A stretch of DNA of 64,000 nt from Scyliorhinus canicula (Eukaryota), in assembly GCF_902713615.1 (NCBI RefSeq), contig NC_052147.1, forward strand, positions 157,702,771 through 157,766,770, read 5' to 3'. Under the pieces are notes generated by a model. That model searched no databases and had not been told where the DNA came from. It saw nothing but the letters and a program-made list of their open reading frames with translations. Of the stretch, positions 1-13,223 are shown in pieces. The first letter of the stretch is position 1. Each line of letters starts with the position of its first letter. The translations under genes and the position numbers were made by a program.

Positions 1-2447
1 GAGGTAGTTATATTTGACTTCACATCAAAGCTATTAATGACCTTTTTTACAGCGGACACCTGCCTCACACCAAGACGAGAGAATTAAGCTTGAGTAATAG
101 CCCGTTATTTTTTAAAGAAAAATGTAAATAAAGTAGCAATCTCAAATGTAATGCCGTTTTAATAAACATGAGTCAAACAATAGAGAAATTATTCCATTAA
201 GTATTGCTTTAAAATAATGTCTATTATTAATAACAGGAGGGTGGAACTTGGCAATAAGAAAGAAAAATGATTTAACTTGCCAGCCTTGGCAATGTGCTTG
301 GAAAAATATTGTTCCACTTTTTCTTCTCTTCCCCATGCTCAGTTTTTGCAAAGGTCTGTTATTTTTACTGCAAGAATTGTTGCGATTGAACTTTGCGCCA
401 GGGCGCAGCCCAGGATGAAAGAAATTATTTTGCCAGTATGGGGCACACTTGAATGTCAAAAGCTTTGTGACTCATGGATCTCCAGTTTTTATAATGTCAG
501 CAAGGCAGATCAGCCAGGGTATGCTCACAGATTGAAAGGGCACAATTTAGCCGTGTTCGCGTCTGCTTTGAAAGTTCTCCTTCCCTATAAGCTACCGCCC
601 AAACACCAAACTTCACTTGATAAATGCTCATGTGGTGCAGTTTTCCAAAGATACAACCGTTAGTCTCTGAGCCATGCCAAGCTGGCCGCTTTCTGAGAGA
701 ACAGTGCCCGACGTATTGCTGTAGCACCCTTCAGAACTCCAGGATGCCCCAAGGCACAAGTCAGTGAAGTACTTTTGAAGTTTGATCACTGTTATAATGT
801 AGGAAGTGCACCAAATTCCAAGTTCACACAAGTATTCTGAGTATTGTGTAGTATAATTTATATGGATGCCCATGAATACTATTGCGGTTGAAAATGAGGT
901 CTTCCACCAAACACATTTGAGAGCTACACTGAGTTCAGAGGAAAGGTCATGGACTGTTTCTCTCTCCACCCTTATTGCCTCTTCTGTTGAGTATTTTCAG
1001 GACTTTCTGGCTTGATTTGAGAAGCATTGTGTTTGAATATTGTTTGTGGTCATTGGCCACAATGAGGTCCCCTTTGATTGACCTTCACTCGGTTCATTCC
1101 TGGGAGCTGGTACCTGGGTGTTGCACAATTGCTGATGCCCATTGCATTGGAATTCAGTAAGACTCATTGATTGGTGAGGATGGAAGAGAGGAAACGCTTT
1201 CATCCTCTCGAGCCTCTCTGAAATGTCTCACAGCCCTTCAGGTTCAGGTGAATGAGTTTCGAAGTCTGGTGGGATGTATGACCTGTAGCTCTCGTTTTGG
1301 TGGCGTTGTTTGTAGGAGGGAATTTTGATGTGGAACGGGCGAATGGCAAAGTCATTGTCAAATAGTTCCCTGGGATCATTTAAGATTCGCCTGAAGCACT
1401 ACTTCTTAACTGAAGGGTGACTCGGCTATCAATGCTGCACTTCCTCTGTGGCATTGGAATGGCTCAACGCCCAGGAGGCGGCTTGAGCCGAGAAGCAAGT
1501 GTTCTATTATCAAAGGAGAATGCTACAGAAGGAATTTTCTCCACTGTGTGGCCAACATTGAGTTGGATTATCAGTTTGTGCCTCAAAAAAGAACATAATC
1601 GGAATAGGCCATTTGGCCCCTCGAGGCTGTCCCATCTTTCAATCAGAACATGGCTGTATCTCGGCTCCACCTTCCGCACTACTCCCATATTCCCTTTGTA
1701 TCCAAAAATCTATCAATCTTATTCTTGAATATACTCAGCAGAAGAGAATTCACAACTCTTCGAAGGTAGATAATTCCAAAGATTCACAACTTGTATGTTC
1801 TATGTCCATGAGTCAAGGCACTTCTCCTCTTTTGAACCCTGAAAAACTGACCTATTTTCCTGAGATCTTGAACCCTTTCCAGCAAGGGTAAATGCCCTCC
1901 CAGGATCTGCCAATCCCTTTAAGAATCTTACCGGGAGATGTAAATTCTGGTCCCTTGCTGAATTTACTAGTCTTGGTTTCAAGTTATTTGATAAGGTGAG
2001 CCCAGAACATGAGATGGTGATCATCTAGTTGTGCGTCTTTGAGGTTAAGATCCAACAACAGAATACTCATTGCTTAAATAAGACATTCTCAATGCATCAC
2101 CTGGGTGTTGACATGACCCTCTGTTTGTGTATGCACCCAAATTAATTATCTCCTTTGTATGCATAGGCTGCAACCCATTCATTCTCTGTAAATGTGGTTT
2201 CGGGAGTTACCATATCCACTGGACTCTGGAACCTTTCACCAGAAGATGCAAAAACATCAGGACTCAAACCTAGCGTTGGAGCCGGGACAGTTACTTTTTT
2301 ATTCAGTTGAGCAGTTAGCTCTCCCAATGCTCCGAGTGTTAAATCAATCCTTATTATCAGTGATATCTTAGTCATGGTCACTTGTCCACGGGTCGTGTTA
2401 CGTCTCTCTCCCTCGCCACTTAAGTAAAGTTTGACTCTAGTGTTCCA

Positions 2448-2677
2448 GGGCAGCACGGTGGCACAGTGGTTAGCATTGCTGATCTCGAAAAGTGGTTCGA
2501 ATCTCGGCCCTGGGTCACTGTCCGTGTGGAGTTTGCACATTTTCCCCGTGTCTGTGTGGGTTTCACCCTCATAACCCAAAGATGTGCAGGGTAGGTGGAT
2601 TGGCCATGCTAAATTGCCCCTTAATTGGAAAAAATAATTGGGTACTCTAAATTTAAAATAAATTAATGAATTAATTA
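2448..2677 (+). mobile_element. tRNA-derived SINE, short A-tailed type
   Basis: GGGCAGCACGGTGGCACAGTGGTTAGC head (A box), GTTCGAATC B box, conserved core and AT-rich tail. Degenerate flanking duplication aaagtttgac(t/a)ctagt. Confidence 0.85.
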
Positions 2678-3042
2678 AAAGTTTGACACTAGTCTCCCTG
2701 TGTGATATTATACTGTATTTATGATCCCTAATAATCCTGCATTGAATAAAAGAATTGAGGCTTTACTTTAATCAGTGAGCTGGCAAATACCATCTTGCAG
2801 ACTGAGTTATTGAGTGTGAATTTAACCATAATTTCAATGTTGATTTAGGTTCACCAATATTGAAGGAAGGTCTCAGATTGACATATTGCAGTTGGTGAAT
2901 CTACCTTATTCCCAATCTTCTCATCCACATCTTTACTGGCCAAACTGGATTGATGCACACACCTGATGTGGTTTCTCTGAGATCATTATTTTCCAGTTTG
3001 CACTGGTGACTAATGTCCATTTCCATTTTGCTTCTCCTCTAG

Positions 3043-3132
3043 GCTCTGAATGGGTTTGTCCTGGTTGTCACAGCAGATGGACTTATTTTCTATGTTTCTC
3101 ATACAATTCAGGATTATCTGGGATTTCACCAG
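3043..3132 (+). CDS. ahr1: Aryl hydrocarbon receptor (fish AHR1/ahr1b-like), exon equivalent to mammalian exon 4 (PAS-A start)
   Basis: Pyrimidine tract plus AG at 3041-3042. Reads [30 protein letters not shown], then donor CAG|gttag. 90 bp, phase 0/0, as in vertebrate AHR exon 4. Confidence 0.95.
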
Positions 3133-4523
3133 GTTAGTAGCAAAATGTCACAGAAACTACTCTTGTATTCCGTCTAGTTTAAAGAGCGAGTCTTTGATGA
3201 CTTGGCAAGAATAGGAATTACTGAAAAAGAAACTGTCGTTAACAGTTAGATCTCCCTGATGCATGTCCTGCTGGATAGGTGTGTTGTAGGGAGTGGAATG
3301 GAGCAAAGTGTGAGCTCTGGCCTGTACGGCATTTCCTGCTCTCAGAAGGAAATGACGTTGATGTATAAGAGTTGGCCATGGGCTGGAGAAAGGAGGAATC
3401 AGCCATGTTACTCACTGTTGATTATTATGTGATAACCACACTGAAGGGCTGCATACCCCCATGCTGGTATGCGGTTATGTTTTTGTGGCGCATGCTTATG
3501 CACCAGGTAAGGACAGATCATGTTCTCTTACGATGACCCCACATTTGTATCCTAGTATCCACATAAAGAATTAGCTCAAATCAGTCCAACTTGAGTGCTG
3601 TACGCGTGAGCATTTGTCCATATCTTCAGGGGAGAAACTTCAAGAAGGAAGACGATGAATTGATTGATTCTGTCGTTTCAGGCAGCTGTCACACCCAATT
3701 AAATTGTGACTGCTTAAAATTCAGTGACGGATAGGCGAGACACAGAGTTGGGAGTTCGGCAGTGTCGTTCCCGAAACAAAAGAACCTGAATGACTCTTAT
3801 GAGTTGAACGGGTTACCCATTTCTGTCCCCTTTCTTTCTAACCCAGCAGTTTCAGACACACAACCCTGACCTTATCTGGATGTTGGCCACCTCTTAGATT
3901 GAGAATGTCACTTGTCGGCATGATTTGGGCGTGACTGGGTGTCTGAATGTTTCCGATGTGTGAATCAAAATCTGTGACTGTCTAATATTTAAAATATCTG
4001 CAACTTCTATGTTTTAAAAACAATATGTAGTCATTGGTTGAGGATACCATCCTTTACATTAGAGTCGAAACTGAAGCTTTCTGCTTCCTGTTCAATTTCG
4101 GCCTTCAGAGGAGCCTTGCGCTGCCTGACGCTCATGTTTTCCAATATTTAAGTGAGTGACTAGACTGGATTTTAATAATGTACATCCGCATGCTTTTTAT
4201 TTGAGCAATAAAAATTAGCCTGACTGGAGTTTCCATTGCTGGTGAAATGTAACTCAGTGGCAGCAACAGGAATGCCCTACATATTCCCTCCTGCTGGCCT
4301 TAAATTAATTACAGATTTCTCCAAGGCTTTCTATGGTTGAAATATTTGCATAAGTCGTTAATAATGCCACATATAATTTTAGTTTAATGGTATTTGGTTA
4401 TGAAACTGAGAGTGTGAAGTTTATTGATTTTCTACAGACCTGCAAACCTCCTGGGCTGAGTTACAGGGGTCAGGCCCCTTACCGGGTCACAGGCCCCAGA
4501 CTCCCTTGCCACTGCAACCCTTA

Positions 4524-5990
4524 GGGCGCATTTCTCAGTAAAAACTGTGGTAGCGAGTGGGAATTGCCGCGAGCTTCCTGGCACTCGGCCCAGCGAGGCC
4601 GGCAATGCAACGTTTTTTGGTCCACTTAGCGAGGCCTCACGGGCCTCTCACCACAAATAAAGGTTCGCCAGCCGATTCGCCGGGACCACGCTCACCAGCC
4701 CCCAGCTAACAAGGTCAAGCAGCACTTAAACTGCACTTGCTCAGCCAGCTCACAACAATGACGCCGAGGAAACCAGCCCCAAGGTTCGGGGACGCTGACC
4801 TGTGGAGGCTCCTGGATGCGGTGGAGGCCAGGAGGGGTGTCCTCTTTTCTGGAGGATGAACCATAGGGCAGGCAGTGCTGCCTGGGATGAGGTAGTGGTT
4901 GCCGTAAGTTCAAACAGTGTGACCAAGAGGACTCACCAGCTGTGCAGAAAGAAGGTGAACGACCTACACCAGGCAGCATGGATGAGTAGACACCAAAGGC
5001 TCACACCTGCGCCTCCCCCCCCCCAACCAACCCTTCATCACCCTTCCGCCCCCATGGAAGCATCCACCCCACAACTCTCCAAGCAACCCCCAGCCCTCCC
5101 TCCTCTCTCCCCCTCATCCCACCCCTGCCCCTCCCCCCCATCCCCAACTTCACACCCCCTCGCCCACCACTGCGAACCACACATGTGGCTAACAACGCCC
5201 CCTCTGTGTCTCGCCAGACTAGCGGAGGGGTGCCAGACATAAGAATCCTCACCTCCTTCGAGGAACGGGTGGCTGAGGACTGGGTGGTCACCCATGCGGA
5301 GGCTTGTGAACGATGCAGAGGTGAGGAACCACCGGGCTCCACCCGGGGGACCCGTCAAATGTGAGTTTTTATTGCCTTACTGGCTGACCCATTCCTCCCA
5401 CTCACCAAATGTCCATTCTCCCGCAGATCCTCGAGTCGACAGCGCCTGCCCATCCTGGATGACCCCTTCTCCTGACACCGGGGAGAACACCTCAGACGAG
5501 AACTCGGCAAGGATGCAACCGTGGTGCAGCACAGCTGTCATTCCCACCCCCCACCAGCGCAGAGACACACACATCGGTGGGAAATATTAGTGATCAGGCT
5601 TCTGAGGCACAATCTGGTGTGCATCACACTGCTGCTGATGTACATCAGGTGGAGGTAGGAACTTCCAGGCGAGGCAGCAGTCAGGGGGCTGCTGGATCCC
5701 AGGACCAAACCGGGTCCCAGCTGATGCTGCGTCTGTGGAAGTGGGTTACCCGGAGCTGATGGAGACAATCGGGAGAAGCCGGAACATTCTGAGGGAGATG
5801 TCAGCATCGCTCTAGCAGATCCATAGATGATTGGAAGAGTACCAGAGGCTACAGGCGCAGAAGATTGGCGCTGGCAATGAGTGTCACCGTGGCAACACTC
5901 CGCAGTGTCCACAGAGTGGGGGAGAACTTAGGAGAGCTGATGGCCACCCTTCCCACTCCATGGGACGAGTCCAGCCTGGCACTTAGCAAC
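4524..5990 (+). mobile_element. PIF/Harbinger transposon terminal fragment with a decayed Myb/SANT (NAIF1-like) DNA-binding gene
   Basis: TTA|GGGCGCATTTCTC terminus. From ATG 4758: MTPRKPAPRFGDADLWRLLDAVEARRGVLF, frameshift, then AAWDEVVVAVSSNSVTKRTHQLCRKKVNDL. Homologous to the minus-strand gene near 50270-50750. Confidence 0.75.
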
Positions 5991-5994
5991 CCCT

Positions 5995-8866
5995 CCCCGG
6001 ACGGCTACCCAGTAGAATTTTACAAGAAGTTCTCTGGGATGCTGGGCCCGCTGCTGGTGAGGGCATTTAATGAGGCAAGGGAGCGAGGTGCTCTTCCCCC
6101 AACAACGTCACAGGCTTCGAATTCATTGATCCTGAAGTGGGACAAGCACCCAGAGTAATGTGGGTCATACAGGCCAATCTCCCTATTAAATGTTGATGCC
6201 AAATTGCTGGCCAAAATCCTGGCCTCGAGGATAGAGGACTGTGTCCTGGGGGTGATAGGGGAAAACCAGACGGGATTTGTTAAAGGTAGGCAGTTAACAG
6301 TCAATGTTAGAAGGCTCCTGAATGTGATTATGATGCCCTCCGACGGTAGGGAGGCGGAGGTGATGGTTGCTATGGACGCAGAGAAGGCCTTCGATTGGGT
6401 GGAATGGAAATATCGCTGGGAGGTTCTGGGACGGTTCGGGTTTGGGCAGGGCTTCATTGACTGGGTTTGGTTGCTGTACCAGGCACCGATTGCGAGCGCG
6501 CGGACAAACCAGGTGAGCTCGGACTATTTTAGATTGCACTGGGAGAACGAGGCAAGGATGTCCCCTCTCCACGCTGTTGTTTGCCTTCGCTATAGAACCA
6601 TTTGCGATGGCAATGAGAGCGTCAAAGGACTGGAAGGGGCTAGCCTGGGGGAGGGTGAAATGCAGGGGTTCACTATGTGCAGACAATCTACTCATATATT
6701 TCCGACCCGTTTGGGGGATGGGGAGATTATGCGGATCTTGGGAAAATTTGGCCGGTTCTCGGGGTACAAATTGAATGTGAGTATGAGTGAAATTTGTGTG
6801 GGGGCAGGAGAGGAGACTGGGGGAGTTGACGTTTAAGGTGGTGGGAGGGAGTTTTCGTTATCTGGGTATTCAGGTAGCAAGGAGATGGGAGCAGCTACGC
6901 AAATTAAATCTGTGGGCCGGTTAGTGGAACAAATGAAAGAGGACCTCCGGAGGTGGGACATGCTCCTGTTGTCACTGGCGGGGAGGATACAGACCGTAAA
7001 GATGATGGTTCTCCCAAGATTTGTGTTTGTTTTTTCAGTGTCTCCCTATTTTTATTCCAAATGCCTTTTTTAAGCAGGTGAACAGGGTGATATCTGGGTT
7101 TTTGTGGGCGGGTAAAACCCCGCAAGTGAAGAAAGTGTTGCTGGAATGGAGCTGAGGGGAGGGAGGGCTGGCACTGCCGAACTTTAGGAACTACAACTCG
7201 GTGGCGAATATAGCCATGATTAGGAAGTGGGTAATTAGGGAGGGGTCAGTGTGAGAGCGGGTGGAGGCGGCATCATGTAAGGGCACAAGTTTGGGGCATT
7301 GGTAACAGCTCCTCTGCCGTTCTCGCCGGCCCGGTACTCCACAAGCCCAGTGGTGGTGGCGACCCTGAGAGTCTGGGGGCAATGGCGGAAGCATATGAGA
7401 GTAGAGTGAGCGTCGGTGTGGGCTCCAATCTATGGTAATCACCGGTTTGTGCCGGGGATGATGGATTGGGGGGGTTTTGGAGGTAGCAGAGCAAATATTG
7501 AGAGGCTGGGGGATCTGTTTATTGATAGAGCTTTCCCGGTCTGGAGTATCTGGAAGGGAAGTTTAAATTGTCGAGAGGGAATGGGTTCTGATATCTCCAG
7601 GTAAGGGATTTTATGCAAAGGCAGGTTTTTACCTTTCCGCTCCTTCTGCCACAGGGGTTACAGGACCAGGTAGCTTTTAGAACCGGGGTGGGGGAGGGGA
7701 AGGTTGCAGAAATTTACAAAGAACTGGGCAGCAGGGTAGCATGGTGGTTAGCATCAATGCTTCACAGCTCCAGGGTCCCAGGTTCGATTCCCGGCTGGGT
7801 CACTGTCTGTGTGGAGTCTGCACGTCCTCCCCGTGTGTGCGTGGGTTTCCTCCGGGTGCTCCGGTTTCCTCCCACAGTCCAAAGATGTGCGGGTTAGGTG
7901 GATTGGCCATGCTAAATTGCCCGTTGTGTCCTAAAAAGTAAGGTTAAGGGGGGGTTGTTGGGTTACGGGTATAGGGTGGATACGTGGGTTTGAGTAGGGT
8001 GATCATGGCTCGGCACAACATCGAGGGCCGAAGGGCCTGTTCTGTGCTGTACTGTTCTATGTTCTATGTTCTAACTCATGGAGTGGGAGGAAACCCAGAT
8101 AGGGGAGAGAAAACGTAAATGGGAAGATGAGTTGGGAAAGGAGGAGTTAGAGGCGGGTCTGGGGAGGATGCCCTGAGCAGAGTCAACACGTCCTCATCAT
8201 GTGCCAGGCTCAGCCTGATACAATTCAAGGTGGTTCACCGGGCACACGCGACGGTGGCCTGGATGAGCAGGTTTTTTTGCGAAGAGAACAGGTGTGGGCA
8301 ATGTGCAGGAGGGCCCGCATATCATGTCCACCTGTTTTGGGCATGCCCAAAGCTCGGGATTCTGGCAGGGATTTGCAGATGTCATGTCCAGGGTGTTAAA
8401 GGTGAGGGTAGCACCGAGTCCAGAGGTGGCGGCTTTTGGAGTGTCAGAAGTCGCGGGAGTCCAGGGGGCGAGGGAGGCTGATATTTTGGCCTTTGCCTCG
8501 AGACGGATCTTACTAGTGTGGAAGGACCCGAAGCCCCCGAAAACAGGGGTATGGTTACTGACATGGCTAGGTTTCTCAGGCTTGAGAGAATCAAGTTCAC
8601 CTGAGAGGTTCATCATCAGGGTTCATCCGGAGGTGGCAAACTTTTATCGACTTCTTCGGAGGAAATTGAACCGTCAGCAGATTCACTAAAGGAGAGGGAG
8701 CAGGTTAGGGAGCAAGGGGTGGGGTAGGGTGGAGGGAGTTAGACTATGTCGGTCTAGCTTGGGCGAGAACTGTGGGAGATGGAGGGGTGAGCTATGTTTA
8801 TATCTGTACTTATGTCTTTTGTTATTATAAAACCATAAATGCCTTAATAAAATGTTTTTTAAAAAA
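5995..8866 (+). mobile_element. 5'-truncated L1-clade LINE, ORF2 RT region with frameshifts and stops
   Basis: Motifs PDGYPVEFYKKF, YRPISLLNVDAKLLAKILA, QTGFVKGR, DAEKAFDWVEW, FSGYKLN. C-terminal cysteine-rich region, then AATAAA and an A-rich tail at about 8845-8866. Confidence 0.9.
7726..8073 (+). mobile_element. Young tRNA-derived SINE with CR1-type (TTCTATG)n tail, inserted into the L1
   Basis: Near-identical to copies at 21815 and 44228. The L1 sequence resumes after it, with a short aact duplication. Confidence 0.9.
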
Positions 8867-8949
8867 CTAATCGGAATATGATGACTATTGATACCACAGA
8901 GGAGAGAGAGAGAAAAAAATTCCCTTGATCCAATTTTCCCAGTAACAGG

Positions 8950-9119
8950 AGGCTGGATTCTCCACCCCGCCCCGCCACATTTGTGCTCCGACCCGCCGAC
9001 GGGATTCTCCATTACGGCGGCTGGTCAATGGGGTTTCCCATTGTGGGGCAGTCCTACACCGTCGGGAAACCCCTGGGCACCGGCAAAACAAAGAAATCCG
9101 CCGGTGGAGAATACCGCCC
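8950..9119. mobile_element. Short Harbinger-type MITE
   Basis: 14-bp imperfect TIRs AGGCTGGATTCTCC / GGAGAATACCGCCC, flanked by AGG on both sides. Confidence 0.7.
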
Positions 9120-9223
9120 AGGGTGTCTGTCCCTTTCCTACTCAAATAGTTTAGGAATCACCATTATTTTTAATGGAAGGCATTTTAACTGGAAAGTAAC
9201 TAGATGCCAATTTCACAGTTCAG

Positions 9224-9957
9224 GGCCGGGATTCTCCCCTACCCGGTGGGGAGGGGGGTCCCGGCGGGATGGAGTGGCGTGAACCACTCCGGCGCCGGGC
9301 CGCCCCAAAGGTGCTGAAGTCTCCGCACCTTTCAGGGCCAAGCCCTAACATTGAGGGGCTAGGCCCGCGCCAGAGTGCTTGGCGTTCCGCCGGCTGGCGG
9401 GAACGGCCTTTGGCGCCATGCCAGCCGGGCCGAAGGGACTTCGCGGGCCGGCGGAAGTCCGCGCATGCGCCAGAGCATCAGCGGCTGCTGATGTCATCCC
9501 CGTGCATGCGGAGGGGAGGGGGTCACTTCCACCTCCACCATGGTGAAGACCATGGCGAAGGCAGAAGGAAAAGAGTGCCCCCACGGCACAGGTCCGCCCG
9601 CCGATCGGTGGGCCCCGATCGCGGGCCAGGCCACAGTGGGGGCACCCCCCAGGGACAGATCCCCCCCCCTTCCCCCCCCCCCCCCAAGGACCCGCACGCG
9701 CCGCCTGGTCCTGGCAGTAAGGTAGGTGGTTTGATCCACGCTGGCAGGACCAGCATACGGCGGGGCTTCGGCCCATCGCAGGCCAGAGAATTGCCGGGGG
9801 GGGGGGGGGTGGGGGGGGGGGGGCCACCGACCGGCGCGGTGCGATTCCCGTCCCCGCTGAATCTCCGGTGCCGGACACTTCAGGACACGGCGGGGGTGGG
9901 ATTGACGCCGGCCCCCGGCTATTCTCCGACCCGGCAGGAGGTCGGAGAATCCCGCCC
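9224..9957. mobile_element. GC-rich Harbinger-type MITE
   Basis: TIRs GGCCGGGATTCTCC / GGAGAATCCCGCCC; 3-bp TSD CAG; no coding capacity. Confidence 0.85.
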
Positions 9958-10136
9958 CAGGTGCTTTCCAAGTTGAAGTGGAGGACATTAATCATTTGGG
10001 AAAGTCCTTGGCAGACTGTTTTTCCTTGTTTTACCAATGCAGAATGTAAAATGCTTACAAAAGATATCATAATGCATGTGTCTGATGACACCATCATGAA
10101 AGTGTAAGGCTCTTCTGATTTGATAAAACAACGAGA

Positions 10137-11320
10137 CCGAAGAACAGAAGTAGGCCATTCGGCCCATTGTGTCTGCTCCGCCATTCAGCGAGATCAAGGC
10201 TGATCTGATATAATCCCTAACTCCACTTTCCTACCTTATCCCCATAACCTTTGATCCCCATACCCCTTGATCCCTTTCTAATTAAAAATCTGTCTATTTC
10301 AGCCTTGAACGTACTAAAGGACCCAGCCTTTCAGCCCTCTGCATCAAAGAATTCCACAGATTCACTACCCTCTGAGAGAAGAAATTCCTCCTCATCTCTG
10401 CCTTAAATGGGCGACCCCTTACTCTCAGATTATACCCTCTGGCCTTAGACCCTCCCACCAGAGGAAACAACCTCTGAGTCTTCACCCTGTCAAGCCACCA
10501 AGAATCCTTTATGCCTCAATAAAGTCACCTACTCAACCTCTCCTCATCAGAAAATCCCTCCATTCCCGGGATCAACCTAATAAACCTTATCTGGACTGCC
10601 TCCAATGTCAGCATGTGTTTCGTTAGATAAATCATCCAAAACTGTTCATAGTATTCCAGGTGTGGTCTAACTCGTACCTTGCATTGTTTCAGCAAGACGC
10701 CTCCATTTTTATGCTCCATTCTCTTTGAAATAAAGGCCACCATTCTATTTGCCTTCCCAATTACCTGCTAAACCTGCATGCTAGCTTTTTGTGATTTATG
10801 CATGCGAACCCACAAATCCCTCTGTACTGCAGTCTTTCTCCATTTAAATAATATTCAGATCCTTTATTTTTCTGACCAAAGTGCTCTTTCCAAGGGCCGG
10901 TGCAGACTCGATAGACCGAATAGCCTCTTTCTGCACTATAAATTCTATAACTCCACATTTTTCGACATTGTATTCCATCTGCCAAGTTTTTGCCCACTCA
11001 CTTAACCTGTCGATATCTCTCTGTAGACTCCTTGTACCATCCTAACCACTTACCTTCCCACCTATTTTTGCGTCATCTGCAAACTTGGCAATAGCACATT
11101 CACGTCCCTCGTCCAAGTTATTAATATATATTGTGTAAATAATTGTGGCCCCAGCATGAATCCTTGTGTCACTCCACTAGATACAGGTTGCCATGCTGAA
11201 AATGCCCTCTTTTTCCAACCCTCTGCCTTAGATCAGTTAGCCAATCTTCCATCCACGCTACTGTACTACCCCAACACCATGGGCTCTTTTCTTATTAAGT
11301 AGCCTTTTTTGTGTGGCACC
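10137..11320 (-). mobile_element. Decayed CR1 LINE 3' fragment
   Basis: Minus-strand ORF pieces RPHLEYYEQFW and RRNFFSQRVVNLWNSL, typical of the CR1 ORF2 C-terminus. Confidence 0.85.
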
Positions 11321-12013
11321 TAATTGCAAAATAAAATGCTTTCCAACTATATTGCAATGAAGGCCATCTGATGTTGAGATTCAGGAGGAGAGGGAAGGCC
11401 ATCCTATGAGGAGAGATTGAGCAGAGCTCGCCCAGGGAGTTTAGAAGAATGAGTGGTGATCCCATTCAAATGTGTAAAATTCTTAGATTGTTTGGCAGAG
11501 TTGACGCTGACAATGTCCGTCCGTCCCCTAATCCCCCCCCCCCCCACACACACACACACACACACACTGGCTGGAGAACCTAGATCGGGATCATCAACTC
11601 AGAATAAAGTGGGGTGATCATTGCTCGGCACAACATCGAGAGCCGAAGGGCCTGTTCTGTGCTGTACTGTTCTAAATCTTCTAAATCTAAAGGGTCAGCT
11701 ATTTCTGACTGAGCTGAGGAGAAATGTCTTCACTCGGAGGATGGTGAATCTTTGAAATTTTGGATGCTCAATGATTGGGTATGGTCACGCTGAAGAACGA
11801 TAGATATTTGGGTAGTTAGGGAATTAAGGGGCTTGGGGAGCTGGAGATAGATGAAGTTCAAGTTAAAGATTAGTCATGATCTCGGTGAACAGCGGAGAAA
11901 GGTGTGGAGTCCGAATGGCCTACTCCTATCTGTTAGCTTCTAATGTTTGAGAATGAGTCCGCGCTAAGCTTGTTTCATCAATCTGAAGGGTTTGATGTAT
12001 TTTGTATTGTCAG

Positions 12014-12137
12014 ACTGATGTCATGCACCAAAGTGTGTTTGAACTGATTCATACTGAAGACCAGCAGGAATTTCGCAGGAACCTTCACTGGGCCTTGAAC
12101 CCGCCAACCATGACCGAGGCAGAGAAAACTCTCGCAG
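12014..12137 (+). CDS. ahr1: AHR exon 5 equivalent (PAS-A), ending at a GC donor
   Basis: tgtcag|ACT, then [42 protein letters not shown]|gcaagt. 124 bp; phase 1 matches the next exon. Confidence 0.92.
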
Positions 12138-13223
12138 GCAAGTGGTGGAAATATTTCTCTTCACACTTTCATCTTTCTTTCTTTCGCGATCTTTTGGATA
12201 AAGTCCATATTGCAAAAGAGTAGTCGGAGACGAGGCCAACCAAACGGGGACATTTAGAGAATGCTGCATTTCGGGTTTTAAAAGCTGTGAGATGGAGCGG
12301 TGCGGGAGGGGTGGTTGAGGTAGAACAATGAGAAGGGGAGTGGGATATTCTTTTAAAATTTATTCTTGGGGTGTAAGCATCACTGGCAATGTCGGCATTT
12401 ACCACCTCTTCCAAACTGCCATGTGCCACTGGCATTGGGCTTTTCTACTTCAGCTGAGTGGCTTGTTCAACCATTTTGGAGGGCAAATGAAACTCAACCC
12501 AAGTTCATGTGAAATTGTTCACATGTTGACTCGATGGAGATGGACTGCAGGTTTCCCACCCCAAAAGGTTGTCGGTGAATCAGTTTGGGTTATAAAAGTC
12601 TGACCGTTTCAAGGCAATCTTTGTCAATACTGACCATTTGTTCCCAGAATTTTCATCAGCTGATTTCCAAATCCTTAAACGAGGATCTCATGGCGGGATT
12701 TGAACTCACTCTTCCTGGATTAGTAGCCCAGACCTTTGGTCAGGCAATACAACCACTGCACCAGCATGAACAGCTGAGGACTTGAATGGAGGAAGGATAG
12801 GTGGAATAAAGATCAGGGGAATGATTGTGAGTGTGAGACATTGGGAATGGGAAAGGGAGGGAGGGTTAATATTACCTGATAATCTTGTAAAACTTGGTGT
12901 CTTTTACATGACCCCGGACGATGATCAAAATGATTTGGTCTTCCAGGCATTGGTAATAGTTAAAGAGATCCTCAAAGTTTTCTCTGCAGGACAATGGGTT
13001 TCTTTTGGGCTCATTATTAACATGGAATATTTGTAAATCCAGAAAATATATGACTCCTGAATTATTTTGTGCCTGATCAATGTGCTTGAAGTGAATGGGG
13101 CGTTTGGGGAAGGATTGGTCACTTCAAGTACTTCTAAAAATTATTCCAGGCCATTATTTGTTTCTGCTGAAACACCATCTGTTGAAGGAAATGCATGGAC
13201 CCATGTGCATGTTCAAAAACTGT

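Noticed and set aside
600-1560. Degenerate coding-like sequence and short ORFs
   Set aside because: Probably an old transposon relic, but I could not recognise a diagnostic motif.
7726-7800. tRNA-like sequences with A and B boxes (many copies)
   Set aside because: These are SINE heads followed by core and tail, not stand-alone tRNA genes.
9269-10184. Long overlapping Pro/Gly/Arg-rich ORFs here and at 13.3-14.1k, 25.0-25.6k, 52.8-53.4k and 55.1-55.8k
   Set aside because: They coincide with GC-rich MITEs where stop codons are rare. All frames are open and no domain motifs are visible.
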